This document shows positions 20,017 to 27,786 of a stretch of DNA of 34,967 nt, in pieces. The notes beneath the pieces are model-generated. The model made no database searches. It saw only the letters and a list, made by a program, of their open reading frames with translations, and was not told the DNA's origin. Position 1 is the stretch's first letter; every line of letters begins with the position of its first letter. Source of the stretch: an uncultured Actinomycetes bacterium (GTDB lineage: Bacteria > Actinomycetota > Actinomycetes > Nanopelagicales > Nanopelagicaceae); NCBI GenBank assembly GCA_903822245.1, contig CAIJOE010000008.1:1-34967 (forward strand). Direction: 5' to 3'. Both the position numbers and the translations under genes were made by a program.

Positions 20017-20777
20017 TGGCCCGCAAACTTAATCTCCGCATCTGGCGTGGGAACAAAGAATCTGGCGCCCTGCAAAATGTCATCGTCGAAGCAAATGAGG
20101 GTGAAGTAGTTCTAGATGTAATTCATCGTGTTCAAGCCGAACAGTTAAATGATCTTGCAGTTCGTTGGAACTGTAAGGCAGGCAAGTGCGGCTCATGTTC
20201 AATGGAAATTAATGGCAAGCCACGCCTTGCTTGTATGACTCAAGTTTCTTCTTTCCCAGAAGGTGAAGAAATCACCATTACACCTCTTCGCGCATTCCCA
20301 GTGATTAAAGATCTCGTTACAGATGTTTCTTTCAACTACAAGAAAGCAATGGAAATTCCATCATTCCAACCACCAGTTGGTATGAAGCCAGGTGAGCCAC
20401 GTATGGCCCAGGTTGATGTCGAGCGCTCCCAAGAATTTCGTAAGTGCATTGAATGTTTCCTTTGCCAAGATACCTGCCACGTAATTCGTGATCATGAAGA
20501 GAACAAGTCATCATTTGCTGGCCCACGCTTCTTTATTCGTATCGCCGAATTAGATATGCACCCACTTGATATTTTGCGTAATCGCAAAAAGAAGGCGCAA
20601 GAGGAGCACGGCCTTGGAATGTGTAACATCACTAAGTGCTGTACCGAAGTTTGCCCAGAACACATTCGTATCACCGACAACGCCATCATTCCAATGAAGG
20701 AGCGTGTAGTTGATGAGAAATACGATCCACTTCGTTGGTTGGGCTCGAAAATCAGAAAGCGCGAAGGTATCCTTTAA
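20016..20777 (+). CDS. sdhB: Succinate dehydrogenase iron-sulfur subunit (Rv0247c-like)
   Basis: CKAGKCGSC...C, CIECFLCQDTC and CNITKCCTEVCP cysteine clusters. Confidence 0.95.
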   Translation: MARKLNLRIWRGNKESGALQNVIVEANEGEVVLDVIHRVQAEQLNDLAVRWNCKAGKCGSCSMEINGKPRLACMTQVSSFPEGEEITITPLRAFPVIKDLVTDVSFNYKKAMEIPSFQPPVGMKPGEPRMAQVDVERSQEFRKCIECFLCQDTCHVIRDHEENKSSFAGPRFFIRIAELDMHPLDILRNRKKKAQEEHGLGMCNITKCCTEVCPEHIRITDNAIIPMKERVVDEKYDPLRWLGSKIRKREGIL

Positions 20778-20780
20778 GGC

Positions 20781-21134
20781 ATGAAACTAATTCTTCGTTG
20801 GGGTGTTCTAGCTCTAGCGATTTGGATTGCAACTGCCACACTCCCGGGAATCACCGTAGTGGGTGGATTCTGGGCATACCTTTGGGTCGCCTTACTTCTA
20901 AGCCTTATAAATACTTTTATTGGTTCACTCCTAAAGTTGCTAACACTGCCAGTGCTACTTTTATCTTTTGGTCTATTTAGCATTGTTATTAATGCCGCGA
21001 TGTTGGCTCTAACTTCTAGATGGTCAACACATTTGAACGTAGATTCTTTTTGGCACGCACTCCTTGGTTCAATCGTAATCAGTGCAATTTCCTGGTTACT
21101 TAACTCAATTACTTCAAAGCGAGCTCAATTCTGA
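20781..21134 (+). CDS. YvlD-like 4-TM membrane protein ('phage holin superfamily IV' annotation)
   Basis: Four TM segments; LTLP...SFGLFSIVINAAML and FWHALLGSIVIS motifs. Confidence 0.8.
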   Translation: MKLILRWGVLALAIWIATATLPGITVVGGFWAYLWVALLLSLINTFIGSLLKLLTLPVLLLSFGLFSIVINAAMLALTSRWSTHLNVDSFWHALLGSIVISAISWLLNSITSKRAQF

Positions 21135-21484
21135 AAAGCCTTGGCCTGGTAAGTATCGGCGGTATTGCTGGAACTCTGATTAGGTATTGGCTTTCGTTAG
21201 TAATTCCAAGTGATCGAACTGGAACCCTTGTTGCAAATCTAATAGGTGTGAGCATCGCAGCATTTCTTTTGGTATTTATGGAGCGAAGAGGCATTACAGA
21301 AATTCGCCTCTTATTGCTTCCTGGTTTCTGTGCTGGGCTAACGACATTCTCGGCTGTTACTGTCCACACATTAGAGCCTCGCGCAGGTGGCTTTCTCTAC
21401 TTGCTAGTTAATGTTTTCTTAAGCTTGTTGATCGTGGCAATAGTTCTTCCGGTTTCTAGAAAATACATTCCGGTTCGCAAATGA
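21131..21484 (+). CDS. crcB: Fluoride channel Fluc/CrcB subunit 1 (probable CTG start)
   Basis: Extending the 21248 ORF upstream gives (M)KSLGLVSIGGIAGTLIRY...GTLVANLIG...GFCAGLTTFS. There is an in-frame stop at 21101 and no ATG/GTG/TTG before 21248. Confidence 0.85.
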   Translation: MKSLGLVSIGGIAGTLIRYWLSLVIPSDRTGTLVANLIGVSIAAFLLVFMERRGITEIRLLLLPGFCAGLTTFSAVTVHTLEPRAGGFLYLLVNVFLSLLIVAIVLPVSRKYIPVRK

Positions 21485-21819
21485 ACTTATTATTAGTAAT
21501 CCTTGGCGCCGCAATTGGTGCTCCCGCAAGATTTGCCATTGATCAATACATTCGTAAGTTCACCAGTAAGCCTTACGGAACATTTTTGGTAAATATCCTT
21601 GGCTCATTTTTAATTGGGTTGGCCTATGGGGCCTCTGACCACACGATTGCTTTCCTTGGAATTGGATTTGCCGGGTCTTTTACAACTTGGTCAACGTTCA
21701 TGTTGGATCTTTATTTAGCATTTGAGCTTAAGCATCGAAAAGATGCACTGATTAACGTAGCTGCATCCCTAACCTTTGGCTTACTTGCAGCGTGGTTAGG
21801 TATTAATTTAGGCCGTTAA
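21481..21819 (+). CDS. crcB: Fluoride channel Fluc/CrcB subunit 2
   Basis: GAAIGAPARF, GTFLVNILGSF, GFAGSFTTWSTF; ATGA overlap with subunit 1. Confidence 0.9.
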   Translation: MNLLLVILGAAIGAPARFAIDQYIRKFTSKPYGTFLVNILGSFLIGLAYGASDHTIAFLGIGFAGSFTTWSTFMLDLYLAFELKHRKDALINVAASLTFGLLAAWLGINLGR

Positions 21820-23244
21820 GTTGGCCATCCATACTTCAATTTCATCCGGGTGAGATGGCAAATTTTTCGAAAGATTGCGGCAACCAGTTTCGGTGACCAA
21901 AACATCATCTTCGATGCGTATTCCGATACCACGGTATTGAGCAGGAAATAGCTCATCATCCTCATGGATATAAAGGCCTGGTTCGACAGTCAAAATCATT
22001 CCGGCTTGTAGAACTCCATCACGATACTGAGTTGTTCGGGCATGATCACAATCATGAACATCAAGACCAAGCATGTGGCTAACTCCATGAATAGTCCATC
22101 TGCGGTGTAGACCAACTTCTGGTTTTAACGATTCCTCAGCGCTTACCGGTAGTACACCTAACTCTTCTAAACCTTTTGCAAGAACAGCATGAGCCGCGGC
22201 ATTTATATCTTTAAATTTTGCGCCAGGTTTTACTGCGGCAAATCCCGCCTTTTGTGCCTCGAATACCAACATGTATAACTTACGTTGAGCTTCACTAAAT
22301 TTTCCATTTACCGGAAGTGTTCTAGTTATATCTGCGGTGTAGAGCGATTCCATTTCAACACCTGCATCAACTAGAATCAAATCTCCGCTATTTACATCTC
22401 CATCATTCTTGATCCAGTGCAGGATACAAGCATGTGAACCAGAAGCTGCGATTGTTTCATAACCCAAGTCATTACCTTCCAATCGAGCACGACCAAAGAA
22501 TGCGGCTTCAACAATGCGCTCACCTCGCTTTGTTTGAGAGGCAGGAGTTAAAACTTTGACGATGTCAGCAAAGCCACGTGCTGTGGCATCAACAGCCTTT
22601 TGCATTTCTGCAATTTCATACTCATCTTTAATTAGGCGAATTTCGGAAAGATAAGTTAGTAGCCGCTCCTCCCCATCCGTATCAATTGCAATATTTTCAT
22701 CGGCAATCGGATTTTCCCCACGGACTAAGAGTGTTGGGATTTTTGTAGAGAGCAGGGCTTGAAGGGATGCGAGGTCTCGAGTAGCGATTCCATATTTATC
22801 TTTAGTCTCATCTAGGGTCATACGTCTGCCAACCCAAAATTCACCATATCTAGCATTTCGATAGAACTGGTCACTGTCTCTAGATGATCTTGGGTGCACC
22901 AATAAAATCATTTGATGGCTATCACCATTTGGTTCGAGAATTAAAACAGAATCGGGCGTCGCATCGTTGGCAGTAATTCCAGTGAAATATGTAAACGCAG
23001 AGTGCGCGCGAAAACGATAATCGCTGTCATTGCTTCGTGGCTTAAGTCCACCTGCGGGGATTACTAATCGTGTATTTGGAAATTCTTTAGATAGTTTGGC
23101 GATTCGCTTGGCTACATATTTATTTGAAGCGCACGTTTTGATGCCAAGAAGTGGAGTTGGGCGCCAACCGCTTTTCATGAACTCGGCTAGTGCATCAGCA
23201 TTAGGCGCGTCATAGCCGCGGGAGCCATCTTCCTTTTCATTCAC
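21808..23244 (-). CDS. pepP: Xaa-Pro aminopeptidase (aminopeptidase P)
   Basis: M24 metal-binding motifs LHW, DAG, ADITRT, HGVSHMLGLDVHD, TVEPGLY, GIRIEDD; N-terminal DYRFRAHS. Confidence 0.92.
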   Translation of the reverse strand: MNEKEDGSRGYDAPNADALAEFMKSGWRPTPLLGIKTCASNKYVAKRIAKLSKEFPNTRLVIPAGGLKPRSNDSDYRFRAHSAFTYFTGITANDATPDSVLILEPNGDSHQMILLVHPRSSRDSDQFYRNARYGEFWVGRRMTLDETKDKYGIATRDLASLQALLSTKIPTLLVRGENPIADENIAIDTDGEERLLTYLSEIRLIKDEYEIAEMQKAVDATARGFADIVKVLTPASQTKRGERIVEAAFFGRARLEGNDLGYETIAASGSHACILHWIKNDGDVNSGDLILVDAGVEMESLYTADITRTLPVNGKFSEAQRKLYMLVFEAQKAGFAAVKPGAKFKDINAAAHAVLAKGLEELGVLPVSAEESLKPEVGLHRRWTIHGVSHMLGLDVHDCDHARTTQYRDGVLQAGMILTVEPGLYIHEDDELFPAQYRGIGIRIEDDVLVTETGCRNLSKNLPSHPDEIEVWMANLTA

Positions 23245-23274
23245 GTGGGAAAGTATCTCAGATATATTGCACTT

Positions 23275-23895
23275 GTGCGCCTTGACGAATTCTTCTCTGA
23301 AATTGAGAGAACTCTAGCTTCTAACGTGCCACGGGTAATCTTTGGGGTTATCGGTAAGCCAGGAGCTGGGAAATCAACAGTGTCCCAGAAGGTTAAAGAA
23401 AGATTTCCCGAAGATGATGTTGCGATCATCTCGATGGACGGTTATCACTTAAGTAATGAAGTATTAGATGTTCAAGCAAAGCGCGATCGCAAAGGAGCCC
23501 CTGATACTTTTGATGTCGATGGATTTGTCACACTCCTTGCCAAAGTTAAAAGTTTTACAAACGAAAAAATTACATTCCCCATCTTTCACAGAGAGATTGA
23601 AGCATCAGTTGCTGATGAAGGGGTAATTTTTTCAACTGCCAAATTAATTATTGTGGAAGGAAACTATTTGCTCTCCACAGAAAATGGATGGGGAGAGGTT
23701 AGGCAGTATTTAGATAAGAGTTGGGTTATCAAATTGCCAGACGAAGTTCGGATGGCGCGATTGATCAGAAGGCACGCTGAGTCGGGTAAATCACATTTGG
23801 ATGCCGAGAGCTGGGCACGAGGTAGCGATGAAAACAATGCTCAATTTATTGCCGGTACCGAACATTTGGCAGATTTCACCCTCGAAGTGGACTGA
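23275..23895 (+). CDS. P-loop kinase, YggC/FrcK-like (nucleoside/pantothenate kinase fold)
   Basis: GKPGAGKST, MDGYHL, RKGAPDTFD, EGNYLL. Start moved to GTG 23275, which has TATATT 6 nt upstream. Confidence 0.85.
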   Translation: MRLDEFFSEIERTLASNVPRVIFGVIGKPGAGKSTVSQKVKERFPEDDVAIISMDGYHLSNEVLDVQAKRDRKGAPDTFDVDGFVTLLAKVKSFTNEKITFPIFHREIEASVADEGVIFSTAKLIIVEGNYLLSTENGWGEVRQYLDKSWVIKLPDEVRMARLIRRHAESGKSHLDAESWARGSDENNAQFIAGTEHLADFTLEVD

Positions 23896-23987
23896 ATAAC
23901 AAAATATTTATAATCCTAAAGTGTTCTGATTTGCCTCTAGATTGATTAGCATTCCAACTACCTGAACAAATGAAGCTGGGGAGTTTA

Positions 23988-24941
23988 ATGGCAACGATCG
24001 TATCGATGGGTGTTCACATCTTGGATGTGCTCGGTAGACCCGTTTCTGAAATTCCACCCGGACAAAATATTTCTTTGATTGATGAAATTCGAATTACTGC
24101 AGCCGGAACATCTGCCGGAACATCAGTTGATCTTGCAAAACTTGGTTGCAAAGTTATTGCAATGGGTTCACTTGGACAAGATGAAATGGGAAAGATTCTT
24201 ACTGGAATCATGAACCGTTATGGAATTGACACAAGTAACATGTCCTACAAGTCCGGTGTTCAAACCTCAGGAACGATGCTCCCAATTCGCCCAAATGGCG
24301 AACGGCCAGCTCTGCACGTAATGGGCGGGAATGCAACATTTTGTTTTGAAGATGTAAATCAAGATGTGGTTAAAAGCGCCGACTATGTTCACGTTGGCGG
24401 ATTTTACTTAATGCCGAAGTTTGATGGTCCAGACACAGTTAAGACCTTACAGGTTGCTAAATCAGGTGGCGCAATAACCACGATGGATATCTTGGGTGTT
24501 AAACAAGATGGGATGGCAGAAAAGATTTTGCCATCAATGCCATACCTTGATTACTTCATGCCAAACCATGAAGAAGGCGAAATGATCACTGGCCTAAAAA
24601 ATGAGCATGACATTGCAAAATTCTTCTTAGATGGTGGCGCCAAGAACGTTGTTATCAAAATGGGTGCTCGCGGAAGTTTGTTGGTAAGTAGCAATGGTGA
24701 CAAGTTAAGAGTGCCTGCCTATAAAGTTCCAGTCGTTGATACAACTGGTTGTGGCGATGCTTGGACTGGCGGCTTTATTGCAGGACTTTCTAAAGGTCTT
24801 TCAGTTGAGGAGTCAGCGCGTCTTGGCAGTGCCTGTGGATCACTTGTAGCTACTGGTCTTGGTTCAGATGCCGGAATTGTTGATTATGCGACTACGCAAG
24901 AATTTATGGAGAAAGCAGAGAAGTTGCCACTTGGCGACTAA
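23988..24941 (+). CDS. PfkB/ribokinase-family carbohydrate kinase
   Basis: PNHEE, VVIKMGARG, DTTGCGDAWTGG signature; GGGGAG SD before ATG 23988. Confidence 0.9.
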   Translation: MATIVSMGVHILDVLGRPVSEIPPGQNISLIDEIRITAAGTSAGTSVDLAKLGCKVIAMGSLGQDEMGKILTGIMNRYGIDTSNMSYKSGVQTSGTMLPIRPNGERPALHVMGGNATFCFEDVNQDVVKSADYVHVGGFYLMPKFDGPDTVKTLQVAKSGGAITTMDILGVKQDGMAEKILPSMPYLDYFMPNHEEGEMITGLKNEHDIAKFFLDGGAKNVVIKMGARGSLLVSSNGDKLRVPAYKVPVVDTTGCGDAWTGGFIAGLSKGLSVEESARLGSACGSLVATGLGSDAGIVDYATTQEFMEKAEKLPLGD

Positions 24942-24992
24942 AAAGTAAAACTAAAGTAGTAACCCTAATACGAAAGAGCGAAAGGTTGGAAA

Positions 24993-25988
24993 GTGAAGAA
25001 ACTAATTAATGACCCGTTCGACACCGTTCAAGAATTATTTGAGGGTTTCGTTTCGGCCAATGACCATTTAATTAAGCAAGTTGGCCATCGGTCAATCGCT
25101 CGTATCGAATCACCTATTGCAGGTAAGGTCGGAATTGTTGTGGGCGGCGGCTCAGGCCACCTTCCTGCATTTGCTGGCTATGTTGGTAAAGGAATGGCCG
25201 ACGGGGCTGCCTTCGGAAATATTTTTGCCTCTCCACCAGCAAAACCAGTCATTGAAGCTACGATCGCAGTTAATAGCGGCGCAGGAGTTATGTATACCTA
25301 TGGAAATTATCAAGGCGATTGCATCAACTTTGATAAGGCACAAGACCATTGCCGTGAGCTTGGTATTCAAGTACAAACTGTTGTATTAAATGATGACGTT
25401 CTCTCAGCACCTAAAGACCAAGCCCATAAGCGCCGCGGGATTGGTGGCCTTTTCTTGGTCTGGCACGTTGCCGGAGCCAAGGCAGAGGCGATGGCCTCAC
25501 TTGATGAAGTAGTTGCCGTAACCTCAAAAGCAAATGCCAATACCCGAACAGTTGGTGTTGGTTTAACTTCTTGTACCGTGCCAGCAAATGGCAAACCAAC
25601 ATTTTCTTTGCCAGAAGATGAGATGGAAATTGGACTTGGTATTCACGGTGAACCAGGAATTAAGCGAGTAAAACTGCGCCCAATCGATTCAGTAATTGAT
25701 GAGATTGTTGAATCAATCCTTGCTGATCTTGATTACAAGGGTTCAGATGTGGCAGTACTTGTTAATGGCTTGGGCGGCTCACCTGCTGAGGAGCTATACC
25801 TTGTATATCGCCGAGTTTCACAAATCCTTAAGGCGAGCAATATAAATATTCGCTTTAAGCATGTTGGGGAGCAAGTAACAGCCCTAGAAATGGCTGGTGT
25901 ATCAGTAAGTTTGATGCGCCTAGATACTGAGATGCATGATCTGATTAAGAATTCTGTTGTTGATACCTGCATGTATAAGAAAATTTAA
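24993..25988 (+). CDS. dhaK: DhaK-family kinase substrate-binding subunit (possible erythrulose kinase, LerK/DerK-like)
   Basis: GGGSGHLP, FASP, NYQGD, DDV, RRGIGG, GIHGEPG (covalent His), NGLGG, TALEMAG. Confidence 0.88.
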   Translation: MKKLINDPFDTVQELFEGFVSANDHLIKQVGHRSIARIESPIAGKVGIVVGGGSGHLPAFAGYVGKGMADGAAFGNIFASPPAKPVIEATIAVNSGAGVMYTYGNYQGDCINFDKAQDHCRELGIQVQTVVLNDDVLSAPKDQAHKRRGIGGLFLVWHVAGAKAEAMASLDEVVAVTSKANANTRTVGVGLTSCTVPANGKPTFSLPEDEMEIGLGIHGEPGIKRVKLRPIDSVIDEIVESILADLDYKGSDVAVLVNGLGGSPAEELYLVYRRVSQILKASNINIRFKHVGEQVTALEMAGVSVSLMRLDTEMHDLIKNSVVDTCMYKKI

Positions 25989-26000
25989 GGAGCAATCAAA

Positions 26001-26645
26001 ATGTCAGATGTAACAGGTGCAAAAGTAGCGAAATCACTTCTTCTTGTCGCAAAGCGAGTTGAAGAAAACAAGGATTATCTCTGCGAACTAGATGGTGAAG
26101 TTGGCGATGGTGATCATGGTGTTTCGATGACAATTGGTATGCGCGCAGTAACACGCGCAGTAAATAATTTGCCAGATTCAGTAACTCCACAAGCGGCCTT
26201 TGTTGCTGCAGCTGATGCTTATGCCGATGAAGTTGGAGCAACTATTGGGCCCCTATATGAAGCAGCATTTCGCGCCGCTGCAGAGGCCGCAAAGGGCAAG
26301 ACAAACATGAATGCGATTGGTGACTGGGCGGCAGTTTATGAAGCGATGGCTGTTGCAATTCAAGTTTTAGGTAAAGCAGAACTTGGTGATAAGACTTTGC
26401 TAGATGCTTTCTTTCCGGCAGTTGAGCACATAAAGAAATTGGCTACAGGCGGCGGTGATTTGGTTTCAGCTTTGGAATCAACAGCTAAGTGTGCACTTGA
26501 CTCAGCGATTTCAACTAAGGACCTAGTGCCCCAAAAGGGTCGTGCTGCCCGCTTGGGTGATCGCGCAAAAGGCCACCAAGATGCTGGTGCTACCTCACTT
26601 GCCATTGTTCTAGCTGGCTTTGCTGAAGCAATAAAAGCCGGTTAA
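26001..26645 (+). CDS. dhaL: DhaL-family nucleotide-binding subunit
   Basis: LDGEVGDGDHG, GDKTLLDA, KGRAARLG, DAGA. Confidence 0.9.
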   Translation: MSDVTGAKVAKSLLLVAKRVEENKDYLCELDGEVGDGDHGVSMTIGMRAVTRAVNNLPDSVTPQAAFVAAADAYADEVGATIGPLYEAAFRAAAEAAKGKTNMNAIGDWAAVYEAMAVAIQVLGKAELGDKTLLDAFFPAVEHIKKLATGGGDLVSALESTAKCALDSAISTKDLVPQKGRAARLGDRAKGHQDAGATSLAIVLAGFAEAIKAG

Positions 26646-26656
26646 AAAGTACTTTC

Positions 26657-27166
26657 TTACTTAAAGGCAACTGCTAGTTCACGGCAAAAATCTGGGATAT
26701 CGGCAACTATTCGGCCCCAGATCAGATTGCCATCAGTAAAGGCTGCTTTATCAACCCAGGTAGCCCCTGCATTAACTAGATCATCTTTAATACCCAATGA
26801 TCCTGTGGTTGGACGACCTTTAACTAGATCGGCAGAAATAGCTAGTAGTCCACCATGGCAAATTATTCCGATTGGTTTATTTTGCGCGTTGACTTCTTTA
26901 ATAAGTGAAATGACTTCTGGGTAGCGGCGCAATTTATCTGGCGCCCAACCACCTGCCAAAATTAAGCCGGCAAGCTCTGAACTCTTTAGTTCTGAAATCA
27001 AAACATCTACCGGAATGATCAATCCGTTTTTGCCAATCACTGAACTCTTAGTAAGTCCTGCCGCAACGACCTTGTAGCCAATCTCTTCTAGGCGCATCTT
27101 AGGAACGTGGAACTCTAAATCTTCAACACCTTCAGCAACTGGAATTGCTACCAAACCTTTGCTCAT
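26657..27166 (-). CDS. DJ-1/PfpI family protein (glyoxalase III/deglycase-like)
   Basis: EDLE, GGWAPD, nucleophile elbow ICHG, DLVNAGATWVD; 1-nt overlap with the RpiB-family gene. Confidence 0.88.
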   Translation of the reverse strand: MSKGLVAIPVAEGVEDLEFHVPKMRLEEIGYKVVAAGLTKSSVIGKNGLIIPVDVLISELKSSELAGLILAGGWAPDKLRRYPEVISLIKEVNAQNKPIGIICHGGLLAISADLVKGRPTTGSLGIKDDLVNAGATWVDKAAFTDGNLIWGRIVADIPDFCRELAVAFK

Positions 27167-27642
27167 TACTTGTTTTCCTTTGCTGTCGATTCTAAATCAG
27201 AAAGTAACTTTACTTTTGGGCTAGAAGATCCAGCCTGGTCAAATTCATAATCTAACCACGGCCCGATTAACTTAATGGCAATCTCGGGAGCAATAACCCG
27301 AGCGCCAAATGAAATCACTTGGCAGTTGTTACTTAGTACTGCGCGCTCTAAGGAATACGGATCATGAGCAACAGTTGCGCGAATTCCATTTACTTTGTTA
27401 GCTGCAATTGCCATTCCGATCCCAGTGCCACAAACGAGTAGGCCGCGATCAGCCTTGCCTTCGGCAATAGCCTTGGCCACACCAAAACCAATATTTGGGT
27501 AGTCGTTTTTATCCTCAGATGACAAGACGCCAAAGTCGAGGAGCTCAGAAACTTTTGGGTTCCCGGCGAGTTCTTTCTTAAGGATTTCTTTTAGTGGGAA
27601 ACCAATGAAGTCCGCGCCCAGCATCACCCGATACGTACTCAA
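27166..27642 (-). CDS. RpiB/LacAB-family isomerase, DerI/EryI type (D-erythrulose-4-phosphate isomerase-like)
   Basis: DYP, CGTGIGMAIAANKVNGIRA. Has AHDPYSLERAVLSNN and a SSSPKV tail instead of the RpiB-type DH, HNN and RH..R residues. SD GAGGAG. Confidence 0.82.
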   Translation of the reverse strand: MSTYRVMLGADFIGFPLKEILKKELAGNPKVSELLDFGVLSSEDKNDYPNIGFGVAKAIAEGKADRGLLVCGTGIGMAIAANKVNGIRATVAHDPYSLERAVLSNNCQVISFGARVIAPEIAIKLIGPWLDYEFDQAGSSSPKVKLLSDLESTAKENK

Positions 27643-27681
27643 ATTGGCTCCTCGCCTAGGTTATCCACAGAAACTGCGCCA

Positions 27682-27690
27682 AATATAGCA
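27682..27690 (-). promoter_or_regulatory. Extended -10 promoter for the derI-like/DJ-1 operon
   Basis: Minus strand reads TGC-TATATT (TGn plus -10) about 40 nt upstream of the TTG start. Confidence 0.5.
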
Positions 27691-27786
27691 CTGGGGGCTA
27701 ATTGGGTAGGGGTGAGGGCAATCGGTAGGACAACTTGGAGCCCAAAAGCCAGCCAGAAAGTTGTAGGACCGCTTTTAATTATCACG

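Noticed and set aside
20760-21131. Fluoride riboswitch upstream of crcB
   Set aside because: There is no intergenic space, the operon appears leaderless, and no riboswitch consensus was recognised.
20781-21134. Holin-family gene as a prophage remnant
   Set aside because: YvlD-like genes are common chromosomal genes; there is no endolysin, integrase or structural gene nearby.
27166-27642. Housekeeping rpiB
   Set aside because: It lacks the RpiB-type DH, HNN and C-terminal RH..R residues and resembles DerI/EryI.
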